Below, in pieces: positions 1-12,933 of a DNA stretch of 64,000 nucleotides. How positions within the stretch are numbered: position 1 is the stretch's first letter; every line of letters begins with the position of its first letter. The notes beneath the pieces were generated by a model. The model did no database searches and was not told where the DNA came from. It saw only the letters and a list, made by a program, of their open reading frames with translations. The stretch comes from Saprolegnia diclina VS20 (lineage: Eukaryota). Made by a program: the position numbers and the translations under genes. The stretch is from positions 85,604 to 149,603 of the forward strand of contig NW_008246165.1 in assembly GCF_000281045.1 (NCBI RefSeq), written 5' to 3'.

Positions 1-542
1 TGGTATCGCACCTGATCCCAGTATTCGATCTACCATCATCCACTGGCTCGGGTTTGCACTGTACGCAGTGATGGTGCCCGAAGCATCAACGCCATTGGCA
101 GCCAAGAGAGGGAGGCCACTGGCGTCAGTGCCCGCATCAGTAGCTCTCGTCGCCGCCGAAGGTGTCTTAGTGCGAGTAGCCGAGTCGCTCAGTCTCAAGG
201 TTCCGGTGGGCACGGTCGTGCGCTTGTGCCCGGTGGAATCTCAGTGCATTGCAACCTCCGTGTTTTTCGACACCGTCTCAATTGTCCCACCAAGTTCTTA
301 TCGGGTGACCAGCAACAGCATTCGCCCTTTGGACTCAACCATGACCTAAACTGGCGTCGGTAGATGGTATCGATGTACCTCAATGTACCCACGCCCTTCT
401 CTTCCTGTTCGAAGCAAGCTCTGTCTGTACTTGTACATGAGAGGTGAGATCGCGCGACTCCGATTGGCTGCAAAATTGACCAATCCAACGCGACGGAGAC
501 AGTTCGGAGATTGCCCAACTGTACTCTGAAATGACAACCTCC

Positions 543-559
543 ATCATTCTTCGATTCGC
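543..559 (+). promoter_or_regulatory. Oomycete INR/FPR-like initiator
   Basis: TCATTCTTCGATTCG about 20 nt upstream of ATG 566 resembles the oomycete TCATTY-N-WTTY core promoter; inverted CCAAT pair at 463/480 upstream. Confidence 0.5.
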
Positions 560-565
560 ACAGCC

Positions 566-1363
566 ATGAGCCCACTCCTCGACGCTGTCGCCGCCAACGA
601 TATGCAGGCGCTCGCCAAGCACGTGGTCGGGGCGTCGCCACGCGAGCTCCTCGATGCCCTCGGCGCCGCCTGTCTCGCGCCTGCGTACACGGCCTTCATG
701 GCGATCGCGGCAACCGGGTGCCTCGCCAAGACGCCCGACGACATTTATGGCTACGTCCACTTGGCCGTCGAGGGCGGCAGCGTGCACATTGTAGCCGCTC
801 TCCTCCGCCTCACGGGTATCAAACTCGCGTTGGTCCGTGTGACACTGGACAGTGAGGTCATGACGCCGCTGCTCGTGGCCGCCATCACGGGCAACGCCGC
901 TATGGTGGCCTTTCTCTTGAAGCACAACGACATGGACGTCGACGGCGGGCGCACGAAAGACGGCAACTCGCCGCTTGGTATGGCGGCGGCGCACGGCCAC
1001 AGCAGCGTTGTCTCGCAGCTCCTCGCCGCCGGGGCGTCGCCGCGCCATCGCAACCTGGATGGCGACACTGTGCTCGACCTCGCGCAGCTCTACGGGCAAA
1101 CGAGCATCGTGGCACTGCTCATGCACCACGAACGTACGCAAAAGACGTCCGGCGCGCTCGGGCTCAAGAGCCGCATCCAGCAGCTTCGCCAAGCGTCCTC
1201 TGCTTACCAGCATTACAGCCCCAATGATGGCATCAACTTTGACGCGATCGAATCGCGCATCTCGCTCCTCAAAGTCCGCGCAAGCGAGCAGTGTCTCCGT
1301 GCGTCCATGGCGTCGACGCCCGCGTCCTCGAGCGACGACGAGCGGTTCCGGTCTTTCTTTTAG
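566..1363 (+). CDS. Ankyrin-repeat protein (265 aa, intronless)
   Basis: Canonical ankyrin repeats TPLLVAAITGNAAMVAFLL, SPLGMAAAHGHSSVVSQLLAAGA, TVLDLAQLYGQTSIVALLM. Confidence 0.85.
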   Translation: MSPLLDAVAANDMQALAKHVVGASPRELLDALGAACLAPAYTAFMAIAATGCLAKTPDDIYGYVHLAVEGGSVHIVAALLRLTGIKLALVRVTLDSEVMTPLLVAAITGNAAMVAFLLKHNDMDVDGGRTKDGNSPLGMAAAHGHSSVVSQLLAAGASPRHRNLDGDTVLDLAQLYGQTSIVALLMHHERTQKTSGALGLKSRIQQLRQASSAYQHYSPNDGINFDAIESRISLLKVRASEQCLRASMASTPASSSDDERFRSFF

Positions 1364-1674
1364 TTGCCGTGTTTAGTATTTAAGTAGACGTTCCAGTAGA
1401 CGTTTTGTGTGTACAGACGATTGCAAACATGTGACGCGTCGACTACGTGCCGTGACAGACCCTCGTCACCACATGGCTTGTCTGCACCCCGCACTTCGCC
1501 ACCACCACATCGCAACGAGTAGCTCCCAGTGAACACTGCTGGACTAGCTCTCACCATGCTAGCTCACGACACCGCAATTGCAACCGACAACTCGTGACCG
1601 TCCGACTACAACCGGACGACTAGGACGACTGGTGCCAGGTCGTGCATTGTAGTGTTTACTAACTGTTTCACAGT

Positions 1675-4600
1675 CTAGTTGGCGACACGGGTCTCGTCGC
1701 GCCGTCCGAGGTGCACGGTCAGCTCGCCCACAAGGTGGATCGGACTCACGGTGATGACTGCGGGGGGCACGACGGCCGACAAGAACGCGCCGTCGATGCT
1801 ACGCTCGTCAGCGACAACCTACAGCACAAGTTACGTTTTGAGTCGAAACAAGAACATACCACTCCAAGATACGACAGCATCGATGGCTGCAGCGTCAGCA
1901 ACGTCGTCGCCAGGACGTACACGAACGTCTCAATCGCATGTGTCGGGCTCACGTGGCGCGGCAGCGGCACGACAAGCGGCGGGCGAAAGACGCGCAGGAG
2001 CAGCAGTTGCGCCGACGCCACGGCCATTGCCCCTAACCCTCGATAAGAGGAGACATAAGAGCATACTAGCTGATACCGTGCATCGCCTGCGGGTCCTTCC
2101 AGTAGGCGCTGGTCATGGCCGCGCTCAAGAGGAGCGGGAGGAGCGTCCAGTCGTCGCCTGCAAACAGCTGGACCGCGGCGACGACGTCCGGTGCGTCCTT
2201 TTGACGCTAGAGAAAACTAGTGAAGAGAAGGACAACTTGTACGTACGTACACGCGTCGACATTGGCGATGCAGCAACCGCTTGCGACGCCATGTTGAGGC
2301 TCGTGCAGAGGTGCATAGCGTGTCCGATGGCAGCCATGTGATGCGTCACCTGCGTCATTCATTGCTGAACCATCTCGTTGCAGTATTGGACGTACTTTGT
2401 CCAAGGTCGCCATGCGCTTCACCGCGGTCTTGGGCGACGAGAGGAGGCTTTTGCCAAACTCGACAAGCGCGTCACGGTCCAAGCTCAGACAGTGCTGCAG
2501 CTGCGAGATGTGCTGCCGCACAAAGTCGAGGATTCCTGCGTACAAGACGCGACAGCCCTCGGCGCCGACGACCGTGACCAAGGCCTGCAGCTGCAACGGC
2601 GTCGCCAGGTCGTTGGCGTCGAGTCCGTCGAGCTTTCGATAGACCGCACCGTCGCGCCGTGCATAGCCGTCCACGAGCCACACGAACGGCACGCCGACCG
2701 CCCCGTCGTCGGTCGGAGCCAACGCGGTCAGAAATCGAAGGTAGAGACGCGCCATGGCCAATGCAAAGCGGTCATTGCCACGGTGCACGTCTTCATTCGA
2801 CATGGCGCATTCGCGCTGTAGTTGAAGTGCTATCCCGTGGCCCACATCGTAGCGGGCAAAGCACTCACGGAACACTTGCAGCCGCATCTGCATCGTCTGC
2901 GGCGGCGTCAAAGCCGCCACCTGCAAGTCGCTGATGTTTCCGAGATGATCGAAACGACGTACCATGTCGCGAAGGAGAGACGCTAACACGGACGACATCG
3001 CTTCGCCAAACAACGCGCTCGGGTCCAGCGTTGACGCAGGAAGAACGACGGCGTTCGCTGTTTGCAACGCGACAAAGAGCTGTGGAAGCGCCTGCAGTGC
3101 ACGCCCCCCGGACGCTGTTGCGCCGTCTCTACGCTCCAACATGGGCTAAAAACCGAAGAAAGGAAGTGGGTACCGCTGTGCGATCGCAAGGGCGAGGGCT
3201 TGCTCGTAGGCGGATCGCAAAAGACCTTCTAGACCTCCGCGCCAGTCGTCGACAAGCCGTGTTGCGAGGTCACCCGCGTGCGATGGCAGCGACGTGGCCA
3301 CGGCCTGCATCACGTCCACGGTCCTTGCGGGCTCGTGCGCGATCGCATACGCAAATGCACTGCGCAACGACGCGGGGTAGTGCGCGAGCTAGTCGTCGAC
3401 CCTTGAGTGCCACCCTACGCCGCAACAGCCACGTACCAGGCCAAGGTTCGTCGCGCGGGCAAAGCTAGCCGCAATTCTCAACCGGTTGGCGCGGCGGGCG
3501 TTGGCGTCAACCGCGTGCATGGCGGCGACAAACGGTTCGTCGACGGTCACCTACAGCATCAACCGTACGACGGGTGCCTCCAGCGTCCGTCGACGTACAC
3601 CGCTGCAGCTCCAGTAGACGACCACCTTGGCCCAATTGGCGCTAAAGTCGTCGAGGGCGTGGTCGCTGCCGGCAGCGTTGACCGACGCCACGAGCGGACG
3701 TGTGGCCGTGAGGATCTCGACCACGCGCGGGTCGACGGCGGCGTCGGCGGGGACGTCTGGCACCTTACACGAGGCCAGCATCGTCTTGTAATGCACCTCT
3801 ACGACCGAATGGGACGACCGCGTCGCTGCCTCGACGCGCTGCAGTAGCGAAATCAAAAGGGCGAGCTGCCGCGGGTCGAGGAAGCTCGCTTTGGCATGGT
3901 GCTTGGCCTTGAGATGCGCCGGCGTTGCTTGGTAGGCGTGCACGACGTACCACTGCACTTCAGCACGCGCCACGTGCGTCATCGCCAGCACCATCTAGTG
4001 TATCGTTTCGAGACAACTTGTCCATGGCGCTATGTACCGGGTAGAGCGGCCCGAGAAGCGACGTGTCCAGTGCCAAGAGGTGCACGACGCTCGAGAGACT
4101 CCAGATGCAAAACGCGCGCCGATCAGCGTGGCGATACCCGCTGCCAGAGGTCGCACGCTTGGCGATGCGGCTACGTACACGTCGTGATGGCCGCTGCATC
4201 GACAGGACAGAGGTTGCTACCGAAGTAGTTTTTTGAGCTTGGCGTCGAGGAGCTTGGCGGCGTCGGCCACGACTTCATGCACCGAGAGCGTCTACAGACT
4301 GTATGTGAGACCTACGGTGTAGAAGCGATGAAGGTACGAGGTCCTCGGCGAGCACGAGACCAAAGAGTGTGCTGCCAACGGCGTCGAACGCCGCCATGCC
4401 TCGAGGCTGCACGAGCTCCTCTAGAGACCCACATATCCTCATGTCCTGTACATGAGGAACGCACGGGGACACGTCAAGGCGGCCAAGACGACCCATTCGT
4501 CGATCGCGTCGTGGTAGAGAAGGTGGTCGTAGACCTAGCATTGACCTTAGTGAATGACCTATGTGTTGCACCAGAGCACCGACAGCCGCATGGTCCAGCA

Positions 4601-5318
4601 CGCCGGTGGCCGCCTTCTCGAGGTCAAAAAAGCCTTGGTTGCGCAGTGCGAGGAGGTCCCGCGACCCGGCCGTCGCTTCGTAGGCCGACCACACGAGCGA
4701 GCATAGCTTGGGCGCGATCTCGTCCTTGAGCTCGGCCTGCAGCGCTCGCCACGGGTGGTCGGCAAAGCACAGGACAAACGACTCGACGCCATGGTCGAGC
4801 GCGCCGTTCAGGCCGAGGTAGCCACGGACGTCGACTTGCGTCGCCCAGAGCACGTGCAGCTTGACGTAGGTCGCAAACAGCTGCAGGAAGCTTGCCATGA
4901 GCACGGGATGCACGCCAAACTAGAGTTCACACTAGCTCACGACTAAAGCTCCGAAGGAACGTACGTGCAGAATCGAGAGATCGACGCAGACGCTGCGAAG
5001 CACGTCAACGACCGCGAGCTTCCAGTCCAACAGCATCAACGTGGCGGTATGCAGCTCGTGGAGCGCCGGCCCGAGGCTCGCCTTGGCCTGCGCGAGCAGC
5101 TCCACGTCCTTTTCCTTGTCGAGCACGCGGCCCGGGAAGGCTTTGGCGAGCGTCTTGCGGAGGCGGTCCATCTCGGGCGGGAGCGACGCCGTCACCAATG
5201 GCGCCATCGCCCGGCGCAGTCGGCCCACAAGGTCGTCGCCATGCGCCTGGAGGTACGCGAGCTGCGAGCTCAGCATCGTGACGCTTCCCGTTGCGATCTT
5301 TTCTAGCAAAGGATGCAT
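1675..5318 (-). CDS. NAP1: Nck-associated protein 1 (NAP1/Hem)-like SCAR/WAVE complex subunit, multi-exon
   Basis: Minus-strand exons MHPLLEK..., LMASFLQLFATYVKLH, DHPWRALQAEL, LRNQGFF and DEWVVLAALTCP resemble plant NAP1 segments (AFMDLFCAFVRV, LRNEGFL, REWVLLGYLVCP) in the same order. GT-AG introns join the ORFs at 4932, 4275, 3551, 3146 and 2207. The 3' end is less certain. Confidence 0.65.
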
Positions 5319-5402
5319 TTTTAGTCGAAAACGACCAACTAGAAAAAAGGACATGGGGATCCACAGCTTGTTTACTTTAGTTTGCTACACTCTACTACTC
5401 TA

Positions 5403-8400
5403 CTACGCTGCCGTCTGCTGGCTTGGTCGTCCTGAGCTCGGTCGACCCGAACTCGGTCGGCCTGAGCTCGCCCGGCCCGTGCTGCCCGGCTGACTTGGCC
5501 GGCCCGAGCTCGCTTGCGACGGCCGGGAGCTCGCGGTCGTCACCTCGTCCCACTCGTAGCCGAGGACGCGCGCGAGGAACCCGTTCTTGGCTTCGTTCTT
5601 GACGCCACGGAGCTTGAAGACGCCATGGCAGGTCCGGCAGACGCGCTGGTTGTCCATGACGGGCTTGCCACCGGCCGTGACGCGCCCCGGGAAATTTGCG
5701 GGGAACTTGTACAGCTCGACATGAAAGGACGCGCACTCGGTGCAGCAGACGCGACCGCAGTGCTTGCAGTGGTGCCGGCGGTGGCCAAACTTGAACGGCC
5801 GGAGGCACACCATGCAGCTCTTCTTCTCCTTCTCGCTCATCCAAAGCGGCGGCGACGTGATGGCGTTGATGAGCTTCTTGAGTCGAGCGTTGTCGCGCTG
5901 GGCGAGCTCGATGACGCGGACGCCGTCCTTGTCGGTCGCATTGAGCTGCGCGCCGTACTTGATGAGCATGCACGCAATGTCGAGCAGGTCGCGCTCGACC
6001 GCCACATGCAGCATCGTCGAGCCGTCGAGGAGGGCGACCGACGGACTCGCGCCTGCCTCGAGCAAGATCTCTGTGATCGTCGGGTCCGTCTGTCGCGTCG
6101 TCATCACGTGGACGACCAATGGCGTCTGGTGCCGAGCGTTGGGCGTGTCGACGGTCGCCACCGCGCCGTGCTGGAGCAGAAACTGCAGCAAGCGCGGTCC
6201 ATTCTTGCGGTCCTTGGCGACTGCAAAGTGCAGCACGTTGTTGCCGTTGCGGTCTTGCTTGGTGATGAGCTCCGGGATCATCTTGGTTTTGCACAGCTCG
6301 TTGATGATCGTGTACTGCCCCTTCCGGACTGCGAGGTGGAGGGCCGTCTGGCCGTGCTTTGGTTCGCAGTAGAGCACGTCGCAGTGGTAGTTGAGGAGCG
6401 CGCGGACGACGTGGAGGTCGCCCCGGTCCGTGGCTTCCAGTACCACCGTGCGACCCGCGTCGTTGACAATGTTGGGGTTGCTACCGGCCTCGAGGAGCAT
6501 GCGGGTGATGTGCGGATCCCGCGCAAGATGCAGCGGCGTGTTGCCGTTGACGTCGGGTGCGCAGAGGTCCGAGTCCCAGTCGATGAGCAGCCCGACGACT
6601 TCGAGGTTGTGGTGCATCGCGGCCGTGTGCAGTGGCGTCCGCCCGAGCGAGTTGGTCGCGAGCACCGACGCACCGTTCTCGAGCAACGTGAAGACGTCTT
6701 GCTCGTTGCAGCAGTTGGCGGCAAGGTGCAGCACCGTGTCGCCCGGCGTCTTCTCGACGACGCGCGGTTCTTGCTGCAGATACCGCAAATCTTGATCGAC
6801 GCCGTGGTTGTAGTCCTTTGTAAAGCGAAACTTGTACGGGCCTTGGCGCCCCGTCGTTTGGCGGATCGTGTCTTCGTCGTCGCCGTCGTCTTCGTCCGAC
6901 TGAATGTCGAGCGACGACCGCGTCGAATCCGACGGCGGCGGCGGCGCGAGTCGCTTGGCTTCGTCGGCTGCGGCTTCGTCGCGCTTGATCCGCTCGGCCT
7001 CTTCGACCCGTCGCCGCGCGCGCTCCATGCGCTCGAGCTGCTTGAGCTTCTCGCGCAGCTCGCGCACGCGCCGGTACGCAAGCCAGCGCCGCCACATTGA
7101 CTGCAGCAGCAACACGGCGAGGCGGGCGCGCTTGTACATGCGCTGCGCCATCACCCGGCGCCACGTGCTCTGAATGAGCACGACAAACTCGCCGTAGCGC
7201 TTGGCGAGCTGCGCCTCGACCGACTGGATCGCAGTCCGCCGGAAAAACACCTTGGTCAACCCGACTTGAATCGAGTTGGCGTCCTCGATCGACGAGCTCA
7301 AGAACGCGACAAGGAGGTCGGTCGCGCCCTTGCGCTCGGCTTGCGTCGACGTCCCTTCGTCGCCAAACGACTCGGGGATCTGCTTGAGTACGTGGCCGGG
7401 CCCTAGCGACCGGTACCGCTTGATAAACTGCGCGTGCGTGATGCGCACGGGGTACCCGGCGCGGTTGACGCGGACCGCTTCGAGGACGCCGCCGGCCTTG
7501 AGCTGGTCGCAGATGCGCTGGGCGTTGAAGAGACCTTTTGTGTTCTTGTCGTTGGGCTTCAAGCAGCGCACGTACGAGCACGACGTGCTCTGGATCGTAC
7601 TCATGAGCGACCGCAGCTGCGTGCGGAAGTGTGTCCCGACGCTCGTTTTCGCGGCCGCGCCCTTCTTGAGAAGGCCGCCGTGGCGCTGCTTGTTCTTCGC
7701 GACAACTGGCGCCGGCGTCTCGTCCTTGACAAGCTTGCGCAAGAACGCATTGCCCGAGTGCTTGATGAGCAGCGTGAGCTCCGAGTGCAGCGTGTCCTTG
7801 TTCTTCTCGCAAAAGCCGTACGTCTCGTACGCGACCCAGCCCGCGTAGTGCTGGATCGCAAAGATGTGGTTGGCTTTCTCCGTGTTGGTCGCACGGAGGT
7901 ACTTGGACGCTTCGTGGGTCTTGTAGAGCTTGCGCGCAAAGTTCTGGTCGTTGCCCTGCGGCAAAATGCACTCTTCGTCGAGCATGTGGAAGACGCCGAC
8001 GGGCTTTGTGTCGAGGAGCTCGAGGCACGGCCGGTTGCTCGGGAAGTTGACAAAGCTCCACGCAATCTTCTCGCGCTCGTACTGCTGCTGCTCTTGCGCG
8101 AGCACGGTTGCGTTGAAGTGTTCTTGGAGCGTCTCGTTGGCGTAGTTGATGCAGAGCTGCTCAAACGAGTTGGTCATTAGGTCTTCGAAGCCAAAGATGT
8201 CGAGGACGCCGATAAAGCCTGCGAGGTCGCCGTCTTCATCGTGGTCGATCGTCGCATTGATCTGCTTGACGAGCCAGTTGAAGAGCTTCCCGTACACATA
8301 CCGCGAGAGCGCATCGCGGTTCTGGTCGGCCACCTCGGGCTGGAGGCCGATCGAGTACGTCTCGTCGCGGGTCGTAATCTTGCGCGTGCACAGGGCAACT

Positions 8401-9691
8401 TCGAGCGACTCGCGGTCGACTCGGAGGTACGCCATGACTTGGTGCACCGCCGCGTCGACGCGGTCGTCGTCCTCGAAGAGCATCGAGCCTTCGTCATGGC
8501 CCGATCGCTTGGACTGGAACGCGAGGTTGCCCATGTGCAGGACCGCCGCGACCGTAAACACAATGCTATCGACGTCGTCCTCTTCAAACTGCATGGTCTC
8601 CATGGCTTCTTTGAGCAGCGCAAACTGCTTGACGTCGTCGACGCCGTCCTTGCGCTTGATGCACTCGCTCTGGTTGAGGTAGTAAAAGTCCTTGGGCTTC
8701 CCGAGCGCGTACTTGGCTCTCTCATCACTTGATGCGCCGGCGAGGAGCTCGTAAAAGACGTGGTAGTTGCGCTCGTTGGGCGCCTGGGACGTGACGCGGA
8801 TGCTCTCGAGGAGGTACACTTGGATCGAGGCGCCGATGAGCACGCCGTAGTGGTCAAACTGCATCTGGATAAACTTGCCAAAGCGCGAAGAGTTGTCGTT
8901 GCGGATCGTCCGCGCGTTGCCAAAGGCTTCGAGGATCGGGTTGGACGAGAGCACTTGGCTCATCACGTCGTTCTGGCCGACGTTGATGTTGCGCATGCTC
9001 TTGTTCTGCGAGACGGCCGCGAGGTACTTCATGATGAACTTGGTCGTCTCGGTCTTGCCCGCGCCCGACTCGCCACTGACCAAAATGCTTTGGTTGGACG
9101 CGGTGCCCGTGAGCGGCGCCGTGAGACTCCGGTACGCCGAGTCGGCAATGCCAAACACGTGCGGTGGCATCGTCGACTCTTCGTCGCCGAGCGCGAGAAG
9201 CGCGCCGTGCCGAATGTACTTGCGGATGAGCTTGTCCGAGTAGATGCCAATGTCCTGGAACGGGTTGACGGCCAAGAGGATCTCGCCTACAAGAGGAAGA
9301 CGCATGAGTGGAAGCTGTTCCGCTCTCGATTAGGGACCTGTGAGGGTATAAATATCGTTGATCGTGAAGCGCTCCTTCAACGTATGGCAAATGCCAGGTT
9401 CGTGCAAGTGCGGCAGTCGGATCAAGTCGTCGACGAGGTCCTACACGCGACTCCATGAGGCGAGGCGGAAGCGGAGGCGGCTACCATGTCGTAGTTGTTG
9501 GCGAGCTTGATCGTCTCGTCGGTCGCGTCTTCAATGGCGGCAATGTCGACCTCCATGGCGAGGTGGCCGCGGCCCGGGACCTCGACGTCGATGGCCGTGA
9601 GGCTAGAGCTCGACGCCTTGGCGATCGATCGGACGGTCGCGAGCGTCCACTCGTCGTCCTCCTTGATCCAGACGCCGACCCCGACTTCCAT
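5403..9691 (-). CDS. Myosin with IQ motifs, short coiled coil, ankyrin repeats and C-terminal FYVE domain (oomycete class XXXIV-type architecture)
   Basis: P-loop GESGAGKT, switch I NDNSSRFGK, switch II DIFGFE, YVRCLKPN; IQSTWRR and LQSMWRR IQ motifs; TPLH ankyrins; FYVE RRHHCKHCG...RVCRTC. Two short 5' introns join ATG 9691 (MEVGVGVW...) through DDLIRLPHLHEP to the long exon. Confidence 0.95.
5421..5532 (-). repeat. Coding 15-bp degenerate tandem repeat (RPSSG pentapeptide) in the myosin tail
   Basis: Translation SSRPSQASSGRPSQPGSTGRASSGRPSSGRPSSGRPSQ. Confidence 0.8.
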
Positions 9692-10886
9692 CCTTGTCGT
9701 CGGCCGCCGGAATTAATTATGGTGGCGCTTGTGACCTAACGTCGAACGAGTTTCAGCCAATGAGAACGCGCGGCCCAAGTGCCACCCGCCGAGTTATAAC
9801 ATCCGGAGCCGTTCGCGCGTTCCGCCTGCAGCGTGACGAGTCGTTCGACGCCGCCCCATCCACGCAATAGAAGCTGCAGTCGAGCGACGTCTTGCAGCGG
9901 CTTGACGTTCTTGGGTTCGATGCATTAGTCTCTTGCGGCCACGCCAGCCGCAACGTGTTATAACAGTGTTGGCATCCCCGGAATCCCCCAAAGGGCAAAG
10001 TGGTCAGAGGTACCCCTGCGATACTGCGACATCTTGGGGATTGAAGCGTTTACAACCCGAGCGACCGCGTTGGATCTCGCTCGACATGACCGCGCTTCTG
10101 CAGACGTTGGTGTATATACACCACCGTGTCGCCTTGGCCAAAATTCACAGGGTGTTATAACGCAGAACGACAAAGGGGTGCGTCACGCTCGAGCCTGATA
10201 GTTGACGCTGCAGTTACGTGTGCAGCCAGGAGCAAGGAGGCAGTCACACCGAAGCAACCGCCCTCGTCCCCGACGCCCCAGGTGTTTTTTATTTATTTAT
10301 TTTTATTTTTCAATATTTTTCGCCGATGCTATGACGTGGCATGCCCCACGACCAGCAACGACCTTCCGCGCAGCGCTCCCAGCGACGTAGCGTGCGCACT
10401 CGGAGGCAGTCGAGGACGGTCGCAAGGAAAACAGTCGCGTCCGTCCAGCGTGCGTCGGGTCCAAGCGCTGGTCACGGAGAAGATATACATTCATTGAGCC
10501 TTTGGAACGAGCGGAGGCGGATGGTGATGGGGCGTGTTGGTCCTCGACGTCCTGTGTGGTGTACTGCGGCCTCGGGTCACTACCAAGCATGCCTGCTTTG
10601 TCGGTCAATGCCGTGGAGGCACCCGCGTACTAGCAATACTAGCAGCACACACGAGACGGCTGCGATCGCAGGTAACACGCTCGAGGACCAACAGCAGCAC
10701 CTGTGAGCAACAACGACCGATACCAGCTCGCTGCGGTTCCTAGCCATTTCCGCAGCGCCTTCATAGCCCAATTGGACATTCTTCTTGCGGCGAAACCACT
10801 ACCTCCACCTTTGTCGGCGTCATCGTGCTCTTCCTACTCGTTCCTGTGGCGCCAACTTGACGCTTCGGGCTGAGGACACGACTAGA

Positions 10887-12933
10887 TTACATGGTCGAGA
10901 GGTCGTCCTTGGTCTTGCGCAAGAGATAGAGGTCACTGGCCACCGTTCTCGGGTGCGACAAGGCGACCACCGAGCCCGCGACGGACTGCCCGACGCTCTG
11001 GACGTCATAAAGCACTTCGTGGTGGAATACCTCCAGATGCATCTCGGCTGCGAGCTATGGGATGCATCAAGCACTGCAAAAGGTCGTCGGATCGAACCTC
11101 GGTGAGGTACTCGGGCGCGTGAGCGTACCGACCCGTAAAGCGCAGAGTGTACGGCGCTGCTTCATTGTCGTCAAGCTGATCAATGTTGATGCAGAGGAGA
11201 CCGCCCACGCGAAGCAAGCGCTGTGCTCGCTCGAATACCTAACCCCGCGTACAACATCAGTCTTCAGCGAAGGCAAGTCGGTGAATAAGGTACCGGGCGC
11301 AGGTCACCGAAGTACGGCGCGCTGTTCATGGCCAGCACAACGTCAAAGCTCGTAGTCGGCAGCGTCGCGGTGACCGTCAAGAGATCGCCAACCTAATACC
11401 GTGTGACGACTGCCATTCGAACTAAGAGGCGGACCTGGAGCTCGTCGTAGAGGCCGCTGCGGCGCGCGAGCTCCACCGACGCGGCCGAGAGGTCGATACC
11501 CAAAATGTAGTTGGCGAGTGGCTGGAACGGACGAACTGCAACGCCGGCGCCAGTGCCAAAGTCCACAATGTCAAGCCAGTGGTCCCCCGGCGTCACGCCG
11601 AGCTTGGCTTGCAGCACTTCGGCGATGCGTGTGGGCGCGTCGTCCACGAAGAAGAGACCGTGGAGCTGGCGAAATGCGACAAACGAGTCGAATGCGTCCG
11701 ACGCGAGGTGGACCGACCGGTGCGCGTGCATATCGAACGTGGTCGAGACGTACTGCGTCGGTGCCCGGTGCGTCGGTGGAAACCCGTGGTCGTGGAACGC
11801 CGCCTTGACGTACCGGTCTTCGGGGTACATGGACTGCATGGCAAAGAGACGGCTGAGCCCGTCGTTGCCTTTTTCGTAATCGCCGCTTTCCTAGAATGTA
11901 GGTATTTGTATCAAGACATCAAGTCCACAGTAGCCTACGAAATAAGCGTAGGCGAGTTCGTGCAAGTACAGAGACTTTTGACTCGATGGGGCCTTCGCCG
12001 CGGCCTTCTTGAGCGACGAGACGGCGACGTCCATGCGCCCGAGGATGCTGGCGCAGTGGCCCATGCGATAGTAAACCTACGACTAGAGCTGCAGCACAGA
12101 CGGCGGGCGGAGGGCGTACCTCGGCGACGAGGGCGTTGCCCGAGACAAGTGACGTCGCGGACGCATACGCGCGCAGCGCCTGTTCGTAGTCGCCCAAGCC
12201 GGTGGCTGCTTTGGCGAGCTTCATGTGAATCTCGCCGAGCTCACTGGACTTGGCTTCTTTCGAGTCGCCGAGGATGAGAACGACCGTGTCAAAGCTCTTG
12301 ACGGCGAGCGCGTACTCGCCGATCTTTTGGTACAGGTCGCCCATCGAGATGAGCGACGGCACCTTTCTTCGATGGGTCTCTTCGAGGCGGATGCCGCTGA
12401 GGTAGTGGTCGAGTGCGTCGTTGGTGCGACCGCACTTGGAGAGCGCGTCGGCTAATTGGTTGTGGATAAAGGCATTTTCTTGCACGACGAGCGCGCGTTC
12501 GTAGAGCATGATGGCGTCGTCGCACGCGCCGACCTTGACCATCTCGGCGGCCTGGAAGAGGTACGTTTCGCGCGACTGGAGCAAATCTACTTAGAGTCCA
12601 TCGCGACTACTTCGTGATGTGCCATCAAGGTCATGTACCTTTGGTGCTATGGAGGTTGAACGGCAGCGCGACGAGGACACCGACGAGCAGCAGCGAGAGA
12701 AAGCACTCGCAGTTGAGCCACCCGATGGGCTCTTGAAGGTCGTACGCATCACCGGCCGCGCCGTCGTCGTAGGTGCCGTCATTGGCGTAGTACTCGAGGT
12801 CTGAGTGCAGCACGTCGCCGTGGCGCTTGGTGTGAATGATGTACGTGCCGTCGCCGGACTCGCGGAGGTCCTCCATGAGTCTGCGCGTCTTGGCCGTCTT
12901 CTTGGTCGAGCTCTTGACGTGGCGTCGGAGCAT
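10887..12933 (-). CDS. Membrane-anchored TPR-containing SAM-dependent methyltransferase (COG4976-like), multi-exon
   Basis: Hydrophobic FLSLLLVGVLVALPF, TPR helices (DAIMLYERAL, LGDYEQALRAY), motif I IVDFGTGAG, GIDLS, GLYDEL, YFGDL, LRVGGLL, LRFTGRYAHAPEYL. Exons join by GT-AG introns to stop TAA at 10887. Confidence 0.8.

Noticed and set aside
1..345. Minus-strand Thr/Ala-rich reading frame at the window edge and + ORF 68-349
   Set aside because: Internal stops, no recognisable domain, truncated by the edge; cannot support a gene call.
10280..10880. Short ORFs plus AT-rich tract at 10285-10320
   Set aside because: No coherent spliced model or domain; may be UTR or a decayed gene.
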